Part shown: positions 1-23,500 of the stretch, piece after piece
Layout: the number at the start of each line of letters is the position of its first letter
Position numbering within the stretch: the first letter of the stretch is position 1
Origin: Microbotryum violaceum
Lineage: Eukaryota
Assembly (NCBI GenBank): GCA_001244265.2
Contig: CDLV01000004.1
Coordinates: 2,790,001-2,854,000, forward strand
DNA length: 64,000 nt
Direction: 5' to 3'
Notes under the pieces: model-generated
Databases searched by the model: none
Seen by the model: the letters and a program-made list of their open reading frames with translations, nothing else
What the model was told of the DNA's origin: nothing
Program-made: the position numbers and the translations under genes

Positions 1-209
1 AAGGGAGGGGCGTCGAGCTTACAGGGAGCCCATGCTTGAAGCGATGCCGATGAGTGCAAGGCGGTGGGGGAGGGTTGAAGCTTGAAGGTGGGCCGGGGGT
101 GCCAGTGCCATGTGCTGAGGCAAAGGGCCGATTAGCATAGGCGAGTTAGCAAGTGCACTACTTAGCCGCTATTCTGCCTCCGGGTGCATGCCGGGGGGGG
201 GACTGTACC

Positions 210-290
210 CACCTCTGGCTATATATCTAAGCACACCAAAAAGTGGCACGCGCGGCGCCCCTCCCAGCGCCACTCTTAAGCGGCGTACCC
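210..290 (+). repeat. Terminal (TIR-like) sequence of a second, diverged KDZ-type element (K1)
   Basis: CACCTCTGGCTATATATCTAAGCACACCAAAAAGTGGCACGCGCGGCGCCCC...GCGGCGTACCC aligns by eye with the K2 terminus CACCTCGGGCAGACATAAAAAATACGCCTAAACAGGCGCGCGCGCAGCGCCCC...GGTGTACCC (reverse complement of 42965-43056). It is followed inward by a homologue of the K2 accessory gene. Confidence 0.7.
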
Positions 291-884
291 ATACAGGTTG
301 CCCCCCCCCCCTGCAACCCGGGTTGTTCGAGGGCCCGAGGCCAAGGGCACACGGAGGCTTGTGTGGGCTCCAACAGTTTCATCTCATGTACGTGTGTGCT
401 CAAATCAGGTTATTCTAGTCATCGTAGTGTGTAATTCGTATTTGGAACACTCAGCGTCAATTTTTTCGGTAAATTATCAGCGAGGAGAGGTTCGATTAGG
501 AAACATCATTACTAAAGTGATAAAATGGCATTATTGAACGTGATAGAGTCTCGTGCCCTTTCACCACGCTAACAAACGCAAGCGACACTGAGTGACAACG
601 AGCGACTTGACGCCTTTTCACGCTTGACGCGCCGCTATCGACCACGTGCAGTCCTGGTCTTACCCCTTCCTGTCGCCGTTACGCTCTTCGTCATATATCT
701 ATACTTGACGCCATCCGACGATCCGATATGTCCAGCCTGTCTGCTCCCAGCAACGCGTCAGACTTTGCCGCTCCCACCCGTGAGACGCGTCCTCGTGTTT
801 GTGATATGGGTGGTCCTTCTGCTCACCACCGTTCCTCGCTGTTTCTGCACAGCTGCTTCGGTGCAATCGACCAACAGCGCAGAC

Positions 885-2545
885 ATGGGGTCCGTACTGT
901 CTCCAATTACGGTTCAGACCCAACAGAACTACCTTCCTGCGCCCAGCGGCGCGACTCCCGAATGTGGACGAAGCACACCGCTCGCCTCAAGGCCGACCTC
1001 GTCCAACTCAATTGATCAACAAATCAAACAGATTCAGGAAGAGATCGAGCTCTCCATGATGCCGTTCGTGCGTTGCCTTCAACTTCGCGAATGTCGTCGT
1101 CGCAGAAGCAGCCCCATGTGCTCTATGGCTTGCAATGTCGCCTCGAGACAATGAAGTATTGTCTGCATCACGGCGTTTGGGACGACGACCTCGACTCGTA
1201 CATGCCTCGTGCGATCTGAAGGAATGTCACAAACGACTGGAAAGCTTTCAAGACGAGCCGCTTTTTCCACCCGCTCGTCGAGAAGGACGGACTCGAAGGT
1301 GGGCGCGGCGTCTGCCTTTCTAGCTCATCCCGAGATCGTTCATTTTGGCATTGCAAGACGCTCCTTTACGCTTCTTTGACTCACAAAGTGATCACTCTGT
1401 ACCCCTACAAAGTCTCGCAAGGTTTTTCTACGCTAAACACAATTGGATCGCGCTACTGGGAAAAAGTCAAAGACTCGCCAGATCTTTATGAACAATGGAA
1501 GGAAGCGTGGGCAAGTGAAGCCGAAGCGCGTGAACATGAGCAGACCACTCGTCCCTTCAAGCGATGGCGAATCGATCCTGCTGCCATCACCAAACTGAGT
1601 CACAAGTACGAAAAGGGGGTTCACGAACTGGTCCGTGACAATTCAGCTCTTCTCGTTGGGCTCTCCTCAATTCTCATGATCCTCCGCTGACTTAGATAGC
1701 TTGGCACTGAATCAGGTTAATCAGCATGCTGACACCTACGGATTCGACGCGTTAGTCATCGTCGGCTCGAACAAGCTCGAGAATAAAAATGATCGTTTCA
1801 TCGTTTCGACGCTTGGCGGCGCAGCTTTCATGCGGCGCCAAACTGGGGTTCTCAAAAGAACGATGTGCTCGTTAACTTCACGGAATGCATAAATGGCACC
1901 CGGTTCAATCAGGAGCGAGACGAGCAATTCAAGATGGAAGGTCTGTCAGACAAGCTTCAGAACGGACCTTGTGCTCGGCGATAGATTGGTGCTGATTCCA
2001 AGAACTGATGAGCAGCTCATCATGGTGATGTTGACAAGGCGTCTCACCGAGTGCTCTGCACATGGTATCGCATTATCATTGATGATTACTATAGTAAGCA
2101 ATCATTCCACCGCTCTGCGCCCACATTTGGCAGCCCATGACTGAAGTTTTGTGGCCGTGCAGATCAAGCGCTCCGTCGTCGCCACAACAGAAACAAGTCT
2201 ATTCAGCCCTACGTGCCTTCCAAGCTTACGAGCTACAACCAGGAAACTCTTGCGAAGGATCCAACCGCTCTTGTTGTCGAGCTCGAAAACGGTCTTCACG
2301 AGCGTGATTTCCGCAGTCCTACCAATGGCAAGAAGCCGACCGTTGACAATTTGAGAAGAATTGTTCCATTGATGCGACAGGGTGGGCTTACGTTTTCGCT
2401 CAAAGAGGATATCGGCCAGGTCTCTTTTGACCGCACTCCTGCCGAGAGTACTTTGATGAGCGAGCAGTCGGAAACGGAGCCAGAAGACCAAGACACTGGT
2501 TCTGATTCTGGTTCTGATTCTGATTTGGGAGCTGCAACATTTTGA
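885..2545 (+). pseudogene. KDZ-associated accessory gene, copy 1 (multi-exon, frameshifted; HMG-box-like N-terminal motif, acidic tail); start approximate
   Basis: Exon peptides NDWKAFKTSRFF (~1232-1267), SRYWEKVKDSP, NQHADTYGFDALVIVGSNKLENKNDRFIVSTLGGAAF, KRSV, DFRSPTNGK and LRRIVPLMRQGGLTFSL plus a D/E/S tail match, in order, the minus-strand gene at 41514-42930. Confidence 0.7.
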
Positions 2546-2630
2546 TTCCGAATCCGACTCCATTTCTATCGTTCAGTATATTGTTGGTGCGCCTATCGCG
2601 CGTTGAGGTAGATTGCCAAACTTTTTGTAG

Positions 2631-2696
2631 TCGTTGAGGTGATATCGACCTGTCGTTGAGGTGATATCGACCTGTTGTTGAGGTGATATCGACTTG
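2631..2696 (+). repeat. 22-bp tandem repeat x3 (TCGTTGAGGTGATATCGACCTG)
   Basis: Units at 2631, 2653 and 2675; the third unit has TCG->TTG and CCTG->CTTG changes. Confidence 0.9.
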
Positions 2697-2900
2697 TGTG
2701 TGGCAAGAGGTATTCAACAAGTTTCCACGCATCTTGACTAGCTTGACTGTCCGTCCGTTGATCAATTATGCGACGCATTTTTGATCGCAAAGCAAATCGC
2801 AAAGCAAATAGATTTACCCGCGCTAAACGTTTCAGATTTTACTCCATAGATTCAGGCAAATAATGGATGTTCAAATAAAGCACTCACTCATCCTACCTAA

Positions 2901-3048
2901 TGTCAAACTGCAGTTAAGCTCGTCCCAGAGCTTGGGGGGTGACCAACAGCAAAGCACCCAGATTTCTCCGACTACCCCTTCGGACCCCCCGAGACGCCGG
3001 CGAAGTGAGAGCAGAACCTTCAAGCTGTCGAGAATGTCCGTAATAACA
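2901..3048. repeat. Possible LTR remnant (TGTCAAAC...TAATAACA)
   Basis: 148-bp TG...CA segment abutting a truncated integrase; flanks CCTAA/CGCTT are not a TSD, and there is no second copy in the window. Confidence 0.3.
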
Positions 3049-7400
<4,352 letters not shown>

Positions 7401-7554
7401 GTTCTCCAAACGGTGTGCCCGCGGTGAGAATGAAAGCCGAGATTATTCGTTGACGCTGGAACAATAGATATAAAACAGAAGCAGGGAACAAAGTAGTTCA
7501 GCAGTTCTGACCTGCAGACGCAAGATCGCAAGGTGTCCGAGCTTGCTAGCTGAC

Positions 7555-10365
7555 CCCTACGGGAAATCCGCGCAACCGCAGTTGACCGCGGTTGGACGAT
7601 TGCGCCGAAGTTAACCGCAGTTCAACCGCGGGCATCGCGGTCGGACCGCAGTGCCCGCGGTTGCGCGGATTACCAACTGCGGTTGGTTGCAACTGCACGA
7701 GGTCGCCAACTTGGGAATGTTCCATTACGCCCTGCAATTCTCAGTTGGCTTGTAGACTAAGGAGAACAGCCTGACTTTGAGACCTTATCTAGTGCAGCAA
7801 ACAACTCGTGATATAGTCTCGAGTGGTGCTCTAATTACATACATCAACCTAAGAATGTGTAACATCTCCAGATTTGAAGATGTGGTGGTCTTGGAATTGG
7901 ACAAGGTTTCTAAAGGATTGAAGTTAATGAGCAATTGGAAAAAACTGCGCCCCTGTATCCTCAACCGGACGACTGAATGGAGAGCGCTCTGCCTCGTGTC
8001 AGTGCCAGGCGTCGACTCGGCGCAGAGGGGTCGCAGTTGAATGTGGAAACACAGATATCGCATATGTGTCGGGAGCTGTTACAGCTGGCCCTGCGCCTTG
8101 CGCAAGCTCGGCTGCGGCGGGAGGCGACCGCATCGTATTTGGGATGATGGACACGAGTTGGCGGAGACGCTCAACACCAATCAGGCTGAGGGTGCAAGGA
8201 CCATCTACATCAAATCTCTTGTACAACCGCCGGATGTCCATGGCAACTGGGAAGACATCGACCACCGAAAACAATCGTCTCTCCTTCAGCGTCGTTATAC
8301 CTAGCTCAACAAAGCACACAACTTCGCCGGCGCGCTGTGAATTGTTGGCCTCCATTGACATCTGTGGATCCCAGATTTGCTGTCAAGAATCTCTCCGCTG
8401 ACATCAGATGTGATGAGTTGATTTGGTGGTACTAATTTGCACAAATCTAGCCGTCTTGCAGTTGACGGTGCCTTGCTTGTTTTGCATCTCGTGACCGGAT
8501 CCGAGCAACGTGACTACCGATGCACCTGCACTCTCAAGGCGCCGCCATCCTTCGTCGAACAAGCTGTCAAAGTCCATTGCATAGATGGTTCTTGTTGTAG
8601 TCGTTTTCATTCGACCCCAGAGAGTTATCAACGTGACACTGCCTCCGTGGAAGACTGCGACCTCTTTGGTCAAGTCGACGAAATTTTGCGAATGGTGTTG
8701 CGCCGTTTTTTTGATTGTGTGCAGCTTGTAACCTGGCAGCTGGGCATGCAAGGCATGATTCCTCGACAAAGTGTCCCGGAGATTGTCCAGTGTAGGTATG
8801 TTGTACTTGAGTCGGAGGATCATCATCATGTTCCGCATCTCCGCCGAATTCATGCCAGACTCGACGGGTTTTGACTTGCTTCTCATCCCCCCTTTGATGT
8901 AACCCATCATCGTCTCCGTTCCGCAAGCCGATTACTCGCGAAGCGGCCCCATTCTCTTCATAACATCGGGAACGTGCATAAGACGATGATTTGTGGCGGG
9001 GAACAGATGAAGGAACTCGGGATCTCGATCATAGAGAAGCTTCTCGTGCAGTAGCAGCGTCTGTTTGATGAGAACATAGAGGTAGGTGTACGGGATGGGA
9101 ACCTCGCCCTTTTCATCGAACTTGTACAGACGAAGTTGTTCGAGCCGGTCAACGTCCGGTAGGCAATCGAAAAAGTCAACGGAGTCGTCAATGAAGACAT
9201 TGGTCTTCATCACCACAAACATTCAGATGGAGAGCACCATCAGTTGCTCGAACTCGGGTTCCTTGAATTGCTGGTACAAAAGCGGTCCCAGGTCACGCAA
9301 GATAAACAGTTCCCGTTCGATTGCTTTCCAATTTTTCCTTGTCTTGGCTAAGGGCCTGACAATCACACCTCCACTCTCGCAAGGTACGGCCAAGACAACA
9401 GCTGCGCACGAGTCATGCGAGCAATTGCGTCGGAGGACAACGTCATGGAGTGCCTGCGTGCCTTCGAGTCCAAGTCGCCGACGAGGATATTTATGAAAGT
9501 GCTTCCACTGTTGATACCAATCAGATGCATATAATCCAATGGTAGGAACGTGGATTAAGTATCCTTGAACAGGTCAAGCGCCTCAATCGGAGGTTCGCCT
9601 GAGATCCCCGTACGACGCCGCAGCGATTCGAGCTTGGTCGGGTGTCGTTTCATTGCTTCAACCACCCGACGGTAGTGCTTGTAGTTGCGCTCGTTATCCA
9701 GTCGAACGTCCCGTCCACCAGGGGTTTGGAATGTCGTGGCGGTGTCAACAAGCCCAGCCCACTCGGGATGGTTGAGCACCGATACAATCACTCCCTCGTC
9801 GTTTTCGAACGCTTTCGCACGAGGAACACAGAACGGTAGATAGCCTTTGGTGTATCCAGGTGCGTAATGAGGTATGCTGATGATCGAGCAGATCAAGCAC
9901 GAAGCGAGGCCTCTTGCTCCCACAAGGTTTCCAAGGGCTGCTTGCTCCAGCGTGTCGGCTATGCAAACCACGATCCTGTCTCTGCAAAGCACGTGCCTGT
10001 CCCGAGCGGCTGAAAAGGATGTACGCTCCCCTTCGAAGATGTGAAGCTGTTGACAGAATGTTTCGAGGAATGACTGCTCGTCTTTGGGTTTCTGAGGGCC
10101 GTTCACGGAGATGACAAAGTGCGATGATAGCTTCCAACGAAGTTCGGGGGCAGGGTCATGGGTATCACCCAGAGATGTGGGCGTTGACCTTGCGATTGGC
10201 GTTGGAGTGCGCGAGCACTTCGGTTCCATCGGAGAAGGTTGCAAGAGGGATATCATCCGGCTTGAGATCGCCGTTTGCGTAAAGCGTCCGTGCGTGTAAG
10301 CCGTCAACCCATCGCCTCACGACCGGGTAAGAGCCCGAGCCACCTGACGCCTTGTGCAAGTCGAC
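7555..10365 (-). mobile_element. CACTA/EnSpm-type DNA transposon, 3' half (TIR + C-terminal two-thirds of the transposase pseudogene)
   Basis: TIR CCCTACGGGAAATCCGCGCAACCGCAGTTGACCGCGGTTGG at 7555 with AACCGC(A/G)GTT subterminal repeats to ~7700. Minus-strand Tnp2/Transposase_21-like motifs: LATFSDG, ISVNGPQKPKDEQSFL, CIADT, GARGLASCLIC, PLDYMHLIGIN; DUF4218-like HRLMHVPDVMKRMGPL...TETMMGYIK. Stops and frameshifts present. Confidence 0.85.
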
Positions 10366-10559
10366 TGTCAAAAGGGTATTACTGTTTCATCCCACTTAGA
10401 ATAGTTTAGTATCTAGTTGTTGATATTAGCCGCGCGCGCGCCTCTAGCCTTCCAAGTGCGCGCGCCCTTAGCGCTTCTCTCTCTTCTCCAACTATCTTTA
10501 CTATCTTCTTCGGCTCTCGTGCTTACGTACATCGTGCCTCGGGCCTCAGGTTCCTAAAA
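10366..10559 (+). repeat. C1 5' LTR (194 bp)
   Basis: Near-identical to 20327-20599 and to the reverse complements of 29991-30184 and 34643-34836. Confidence 0.95.
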
Positions 10560-10613
10560 GGTTATGAGCCCACCTAGCCCATCAGCGGCGGGCGACCTCG
10601 ACGTCCAGAGTGA

Positions 10614-11153
<540 letters not shown>

Positions 11154-11541
11154 TGATTCTTGTCAACCACCTTCGAATGGCCCAGCTAGACCTTGAACAG
11201 GCCATCGCGGCCCGGGCCCTTGACGACTTGCCGCACATTTTCGATGGATGGCGCACAACGTTCTACGCGATGAACATTCGTGACAACAGGCTGCCGCGCG
11301 TCGAACAAATCTTCGCGTTGATGGAGACTGTCGCTCGGACTTTGCGCAACGAGTCAAACCCGGCCCTCGTAGCAAAGGCGGTCACGCCGACCACAAGCGC
11401 TGCTCCTGGCAAAAAGGGGAAATGGGATCGATCTGGTCCTGCCCCGAGCAACTGCCCGGCTTGCGGTCAAGGCAAACACTGGCTCGACAAGTGTCCGGAC
11501 TCGCGCAAGCGAGCCAAATACGTCGAGCTTAGGAACGCCAT

Positions 11542-16850
<5,309 letters not shown>

Positions 16851-19800
16851 GCCATGAAGGCACTCCAAGGTGCGTCATCATTGACTACGACCGCTCTCGT
16901 GGCCGCCGCGGAAGCGTCCAAGGATCAAGACATGTCCTTCTTTTCTTCTGCCACGTTTGTCAACGTCGGACAACCTGACATCCTTCTGCTGGACTCGGCG
17001 TCGGCGTGCCACATCATCAACAATGCGTCCTTCTTTGACGGTCCCCTTTCAGCTACCCAGCAAGCCCTGCAGGGTCTGGGGGAACGTTGAGGGCCTCGGG
17101 AATCGGCTCGATCAAGCTCGTCTCCGATACGGGTACCATGTTCACGCTCAACGACGTGATCTACGCTCCCGAAAGCCTGGCTAACCTCATCTCGGTCCGG
17201 GCCTTCGACCGCAAAGGCGTTCGCATCACCTTCGAACGCGGACACGTCAAGCTCCGCACGCCGCAAGGTTGCTTCGCTACAGTATCAGCCATCGCGTCCC
17301 GCGTTTACAAACTCAACGCTTCAGTCCGCGCTGGCAGCAAAGGTGCGCTACCCTTGCTCGTCTCCACCAAGTCCACTAGGCTACCTTTACTTACCCTTCA
17401 CCGCCGCTACGGCCACACCTCTGTCCAGACACTCAAAAAACTGGCGGCCTCCGGCCAGGTGGAGGGTTTGGATTGGCCCTATAGTGACTTTGAGTGTGTA
17501 GACTTCTCTTGCAATGCCTGCCTTGCCCCAAGGCCCATCATTTGCCTTTCCCCTCGTCGTCGTCGCATGCAGCTGAACCACTCGCGTTGGTGCACTTGGA
17601 CGTCTTATCTTTCCCAAGGAATCCTTAAGCCATAAGCAATACCTCATTGCGTTCATTGACAACTTCTCGAGGAAGACTTGGGTTTACCTCATCAGGCACA
17701 AGAGCGAGGTCTTTCAGACATTCAAGGATTGGCTCTTGGAGATCGAAAATGCCACGGGTCGCAGGGTCAAAACACTTCGCTTGGACAATGGTGGCGAGTA
17801 TGTCTCTACTGCTTTCAACGGCTATTGCGTGGCACGCGTAATTCGTTGCAAATTGACCATACCGTACACGCCTGAGCAAAACGGACGGGCTGAGTGAGCC
17901 AACCGGTCAATCATTGAGGGCACCCTTTCTCTCCTGTCCCACTCGGGACTCCCATGATTGTGCTGGGATGAGGCGGCTATGTGTTACATCCACGTTAAAA
18001 ACCTATCGCCCCATGCGGCTCTTGGTGGAGACGTCCCAGACCGTCAATGGTCGAGCCACACACCAGGCGTTAGGGGTCTTCGGGCATTTGGTTGTTGCGC
18101 TTGGACCACCGTGCCGGCTCATAGACGGGACAAGCTCGATCCAAAAGGGATTTCTCTGGTCTTCGTTGGGTATGATTGACACGCAAAAGCCTACCGTCTT
18201 CTTGACCCTTCCTCAATGTGTGTGAGACTGGGCCGCAATGTGACGTTCGTAGAAACCGAGTTCCCCTTTGCGATCGCGCCCGCCCGAGTGACGCAGCCGT
18301 CCACCCCGGGTTACAGCCCCCTGCTTCCACCTGTCCAAGCTCCAATGCCTGTCGAGCCTCCCCCACAGCCACCGGCCCCAACGCCTGTCAAGGCACCAGC
18401 GTCGCCCGCATTGACCAGCTCGGCCGTCAACGACGACGCCTCATCGACCACGAGCGCAACAATGGAGTCAGCCGTGAACCTGCCGCAACCACCCCCAGAT
18501 CCAGCTCCACTCGCCAAAGTCAAGCCGGGTTGGGAGTACGGTGATGTTGCCAAGGTTGGTCCCGATCCAGGGAAGTACGGTGAAATTGACGCTCAAAACA
18601 TCATTGATGGCCCCCGGACTCGCCGCCAACCCGTTCCCACCATGATCACACGGGAACAGACGGTTGAAGACCCCAACGGACCCTCCGCTTCTTTCAAGAG
18701 TCTGCTCCTTGCCTTCTCATCAACCAAAGCCGGCTTTGCGGATCATGACCTGTTGGTTGTTCGCAATCCGGCAAATTGGGGCGACGTCATTTGATCAGGA
18801 CAAGAGGACGTTTGGGGCGCTCCAGCACAGGATGAATTCGACTCCCTTCTAAATGATTACGGGGTCTTCCAAATCGTCAAATCCTGTGAGCTCCCTGCGG
18901 GTGAGATCCTCCTGCGGTCAGGCTGGGTGTTCCGGACTAAACGCAACCAGCATGGTGACATCACCAATCACAAGGCCCGACTTGTCGCTCACGGATGTGC
19001 CCAACGCCCTGGCCTTGACTTTGAGAAGACCTACGCCCCTGTCATCAAATTCATGTCCATTCGAGCCCTCATTGCACTCGCCGCGGCCAACGGCTATCAC
19101 GTCCATCAGGCCGATGTCAATAAGGCGTACTTACACGGCAAACTTGACAAGCCTCTCTACATGCGCGTCCCTCAGGGCATCAACCTGCCCGGCAAGATCC
19201 TCAAGCTGTCCAAATCCATCTACGGCCTTCGCCAGGCCGGCACCATCTGGAACGCCAAGATTGACTCTACTCTGTGGTCCCTCGGATACGTCCCCACCAG
19301 GTTGGACATCTGTATCTACCGCCGCAAACACAACGGACACTTACACTATATTGCCTTGTACGTTGACGACCTGCTTTTGGTTGGTCCCTCAACCGCCGAA
19401 ATTGACCGGGTGCTTGATGCGCTGGAACTCGCATACGGCATCAAATGCCTCGGACCTGCCAAATATATTCTAGGCATCCAAGTCAAACGCAGACAAGATG
19501 GTTCTATCACACTCTCACAAGAGCTCTACCTTCGGGACATCCTTGCCAGGTTCCAATTCACCGATGCCAAGCCGGCAAGTATCCCAATGCAGCCAGGTGT
19601 TGTCCTTGACTTCAAGGATTTGGCGGCCACTCCTCAGGATCGTACGCGCTACTTGCAGGCCATCGGTTTGTTGATGTACGCAGCAGTAGGAACTCGTCCG
19701 GACCTCGCCTTCGTGGTCAGCTACCTCGCTCGCTTCTCCAGCAGCCTGGCCCGGAGCATTGGACAGCCATCAAGCAGGTCCTCCGTTACATCAAAGGCAC

Positions 19801-20326
19801 GCTGGGCTTGGGTCTCACCTATTGCAAGACCAGCCAACCACTCCATGGCTACTCGGACGCAAATTGGGGCGCCTGTTTCACCACCTCGCGTTTGACCATG
19901 GGTTACGCGTTCATCTACTCAGGAGGTGCCATTGCTTGGTGCTCGAAGCGCGAGCACAGAGTCGCCAAGTCTACCACCGATGCCAAGTACCTCTCCCTAT
20001 TGTATACCAGTGGTGACGTCACCCACCTCAGCGAGCTTCTGGCCGAACTCAGTCATCCCGTCCCGGGCCCTGTCGTCATCTACGGCGACAACCAAGGATC
20101 TCTCGCCCTCGCTCAACACCCAACCAACCACCAAGGGTCTTGTCACGTGTGCATCTCCGAGCATTACGTCCGCAAACGCGTAGCCAAGAAGGAGATCGAC
20201 GTCGTTTATATTGCCACCGCAGACATGTTTGCCAACATCTTCACCAAGGCCTTGGGTCCCAAACCGTTCCTCTTCCATCGGGAAAACTTGGGTTTGCGGG
20301 TTGCAGTGGTATGACAGCACGGGGGG

Positions 20327-20599
20327 TGTCAAAAGGGTATTACTGTTTCATCCCACTTAGAATAGTTTAGTATCTAGTTGTTGATATTAGCCACGCGCGC
20401 ACCTCTAGCCTTCCAAGTGCGCGCGCCCTTAGCGCTTCTCTCTCTTCTCCAACTATCTTTACCATCTTCTTTGGCTCTCGTGCTTACGTACATTGTGCCT
20501 CGGGCCTCCGGTTAGTCTTGCAATGCTCGAACTATCTTTACTATCTTCTTCGGCTCTCGTGCTTACGTACATTGTGCCTCAGGCCTCAGGTTCCTAAAA
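20327..20599 (+). repeat. C1 3' LTR with partial duplication of its 3' third
   Basis: LTR sequence to ~20512, a ~17-bp spacer, then a second copy of AACTATCTTTA...TTCCTAAAA (20530-20599). Confidence 0.9.
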
Positions 20600-23500
20600 T
20601 CGCACTCATCATGTCGACAGGAGAAATGAACCAACTGCTCCAAAACAAAGCGGGCCGACCACCCGTTGCGTTGCAGGAACAAAGCTCCCCAGAGGGATAC
20701 GCATCGGAAGTTGACTCGGAAGTGGATGAGGATGAGGACAGTCTGCAAGTCTTGGCAGCTTTGGTCCCGGTTCCCTCAAAGTCCTCGATATCTAGCCCCT
20801 CCGCAGTCTCGGGGCTTTTAATCTCTCCAAAGAGCCGTTCGAGAGACTCCGACGAGGATTCGGCAGACGAGGGTTACTACGGAGTCGACGACGACAATTC
20901 AGACGAGAAATCAATTGACAACATCTTCTCGGCACTACTCCTGGCTCGGAACGACAAGAAGATCCTTGACCGGCACACGTACGAGCCCTCTCGACAGGAC
21001 AAAGAGTTATCGAACACGACGCGCGAGGCAATTTTCTCAAACATGATCCTCACGACTGCAGAGCACAACGAGCTCCGTCTCAGGCCGCTTGTTCTCAATT
21101 GTCGCAAGCCGAGGTCCGGATGGGAATTTGTACGCAAACTTCCTGTCCTGGAGCTCCCAAAGTTCATGGCTACAGAGGTATGTTGAAGCTGCATGCTGCG
21201 CTGCGTTTTGTTTCATCCTGTGAACGACTTAACTTTCATTGGTGCGATCTATTAACAGAAGCATGACTGGGCTCCACGCAAATATGAACGCTGTCTCGCT
21301 GTCGTCGAGCGACCTTACGGTGACGCGCCCTCGTCTACTCATCATCAACATCCGTCGGAGGTGGCAGTGGGGATCGAATGGCGTCCGGAAGTGCCTATCA
21401 CCCTTCGAGAAGCTTGGAGTCAACCCTGCGAAGGTCGACCTGTTGCGGAGGTTCTACGGATTACACATCGTTGCTCGGGGCCTGTAAAAGAGTTCGGGTC
21501 AAGGATGGCAAACTTGTGTACAAGAAACGAGACAATGACAAGGACCCTGGGAAAACATGCTCTACTCAACTCAAGGTGATCATCCCGGATAGGAAATCAA
21601 AGGAGCTTGGGTTGGGTGGCTGATAAGACTCTCTGTTTCCTTCTTCGTCCCTTGTGTAGATCCTCGTTCAGGCCGATGATCTTTCATCGGCGCTGGTGTA
21701 CACCCTCGGCAACCACGAAGGACGCCAACCACCGCCGAACGTCCGACGTCCAGCCCCTTTCATTCGTGCGTTGGCGCATCAGGAAGTCTTTCGGCAGGCC
21801 AACACGCCCACGCTTGCATTTCAAAGTGAGTGTGTGCTCCAAGTTTGCACAAGAAGTTTTCACTTCTCAAGACTGACCATCAGTTCCTTTCTCGATGATG
21901 GACTCGATCATTTCACAGATATGAACCAGCGGATGTCTGTCTGGGAGAAACAGTACGAGATCATTATCCTGCAGTACAGGAAAGTCGGCGCAAAGCAGCT
22001 GCGCAATATGTTCAGGGCAAAAGGTCGACAGAACGCGCAGCATAAATCCTCCTTGTACTCGCTAGCTCGCACGGCTGAGCTGAGACCGTTCACCCTTCAA
22101 AATGCAACGGAGCCCGAGACACGCGGAGTGGCCTAGTGAGTGATCACGATCTAAGCTGCTTGCCGATCTGATGAGCTAACAAGCGGCGGAGGTATTTACC
22201 CTTGTCAGCTTTCAACCTTTTAATGAGAAAACGAAGCAGCCGTTGATCTGCGTCCTGGCCTCCCTCCACTCCATCGACGTGTTGATGTCCTTCGCCACAG
22301 TTGGGAACGATTCAGGCGATTGGTCGCGGTTTGTTGGACTTGACTCAAGCTGGCGATACCTGAACGAGAACCGGGCCCCCCTCACCGCCCTCGTCTCGAC
22401 TGGCTTGAAAGACAAACTTGCGCTAGGTGAGAGCCCGGGAAGCACTTGAAAGGAAGGTCCGGACGAGTACAAAGACTCATTTCATCGCTTATGTATTGTC
22501 TTCTTCAGGTCCTATGCTTCTCTTCAGTGATGTGAAGGCAGATACTCTCGCCATCTACTTGGACACGGTAAAGAGGCTGGTCGAGGAGCACACCGCGATC
22601 CTTGTAAGGAGTGCGTTGTAAGATGGGTTGACCAGGGTGTGCTGCGCGTCACGACAGTTTTGAGAGGAGTCGCTCACGCCCTTCTGTACCGTCGACGATT
22701 TGCATGCGTACTTCAGAAGCTCGTGAGAATGGGCCCAATCTACCCGGCTCGTCCCCCAGGTTGCCAAATCTTCTCCAAAATGCCGAATTCATCTTGGAAA
22801 ATCAGTGGCAACCACCAAATTTCATGATCGACAAATGTAGGACTGAGCTCAACGCCTTGACACTCTGTAAGCGCCGCTGCTTGCTAGGGCTACTATATGA
22901 GATGTGCAGACTGCTCTCACAATGTTGAATTCCTGATGATCATTGTCTTCTGCATCTACGTTACTATAGGGAAAGAAAAGCACAACCTCAATTTCCACAT
23001 ACGCCTTTGCCAATTCCATGTGGTTCAGGCCATTATTCGGTGGTCGAGTGACAGGAATGACGGCGAAAGGGGCAACACCGTCAAGCCTTCTCGGATTGCT
23101 CGCAAGTCGTTGATCAACATTTTGTACGAATTTCGATCCATCATCCAGCGCTTTCGGTTTATACACACCGAGCATGAAACAGATGCCGAGGTGACAGCTT
23201 GGCGCTCGACTGAGTTCGAAGAGAAGAAGCGGGCGTTCTTTGAAAAATTGGACGCATGGATCGACAAAGAGTTCCGAAGTCGTCGCAAGCCAGCAGCAAA
23301 CAAATCAGACGTCACCAAGAAGTCGGAACTGGGTTGCAACAGCCGAGAAGAAGATCAATTACAAGCAAAGAAGGATAACTTTCGGGCGTATTTCAATGTC
23401 AACTGGTTCGTACAAGAGTGGATCGGTGAGTCTTACTTATTCCTTCTTTACGTGTTCTCTCACAGTTTTTTTGGCTCACGCATTTCCACAATTCTGAAGA

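Noticed and set aside
190-320. G9 run, C-run and GGTTGC...GCAACC hairpin as a separate small element
   Set aside because: No TSD or partner end; better explained as flank plus the K1 subterminal region.
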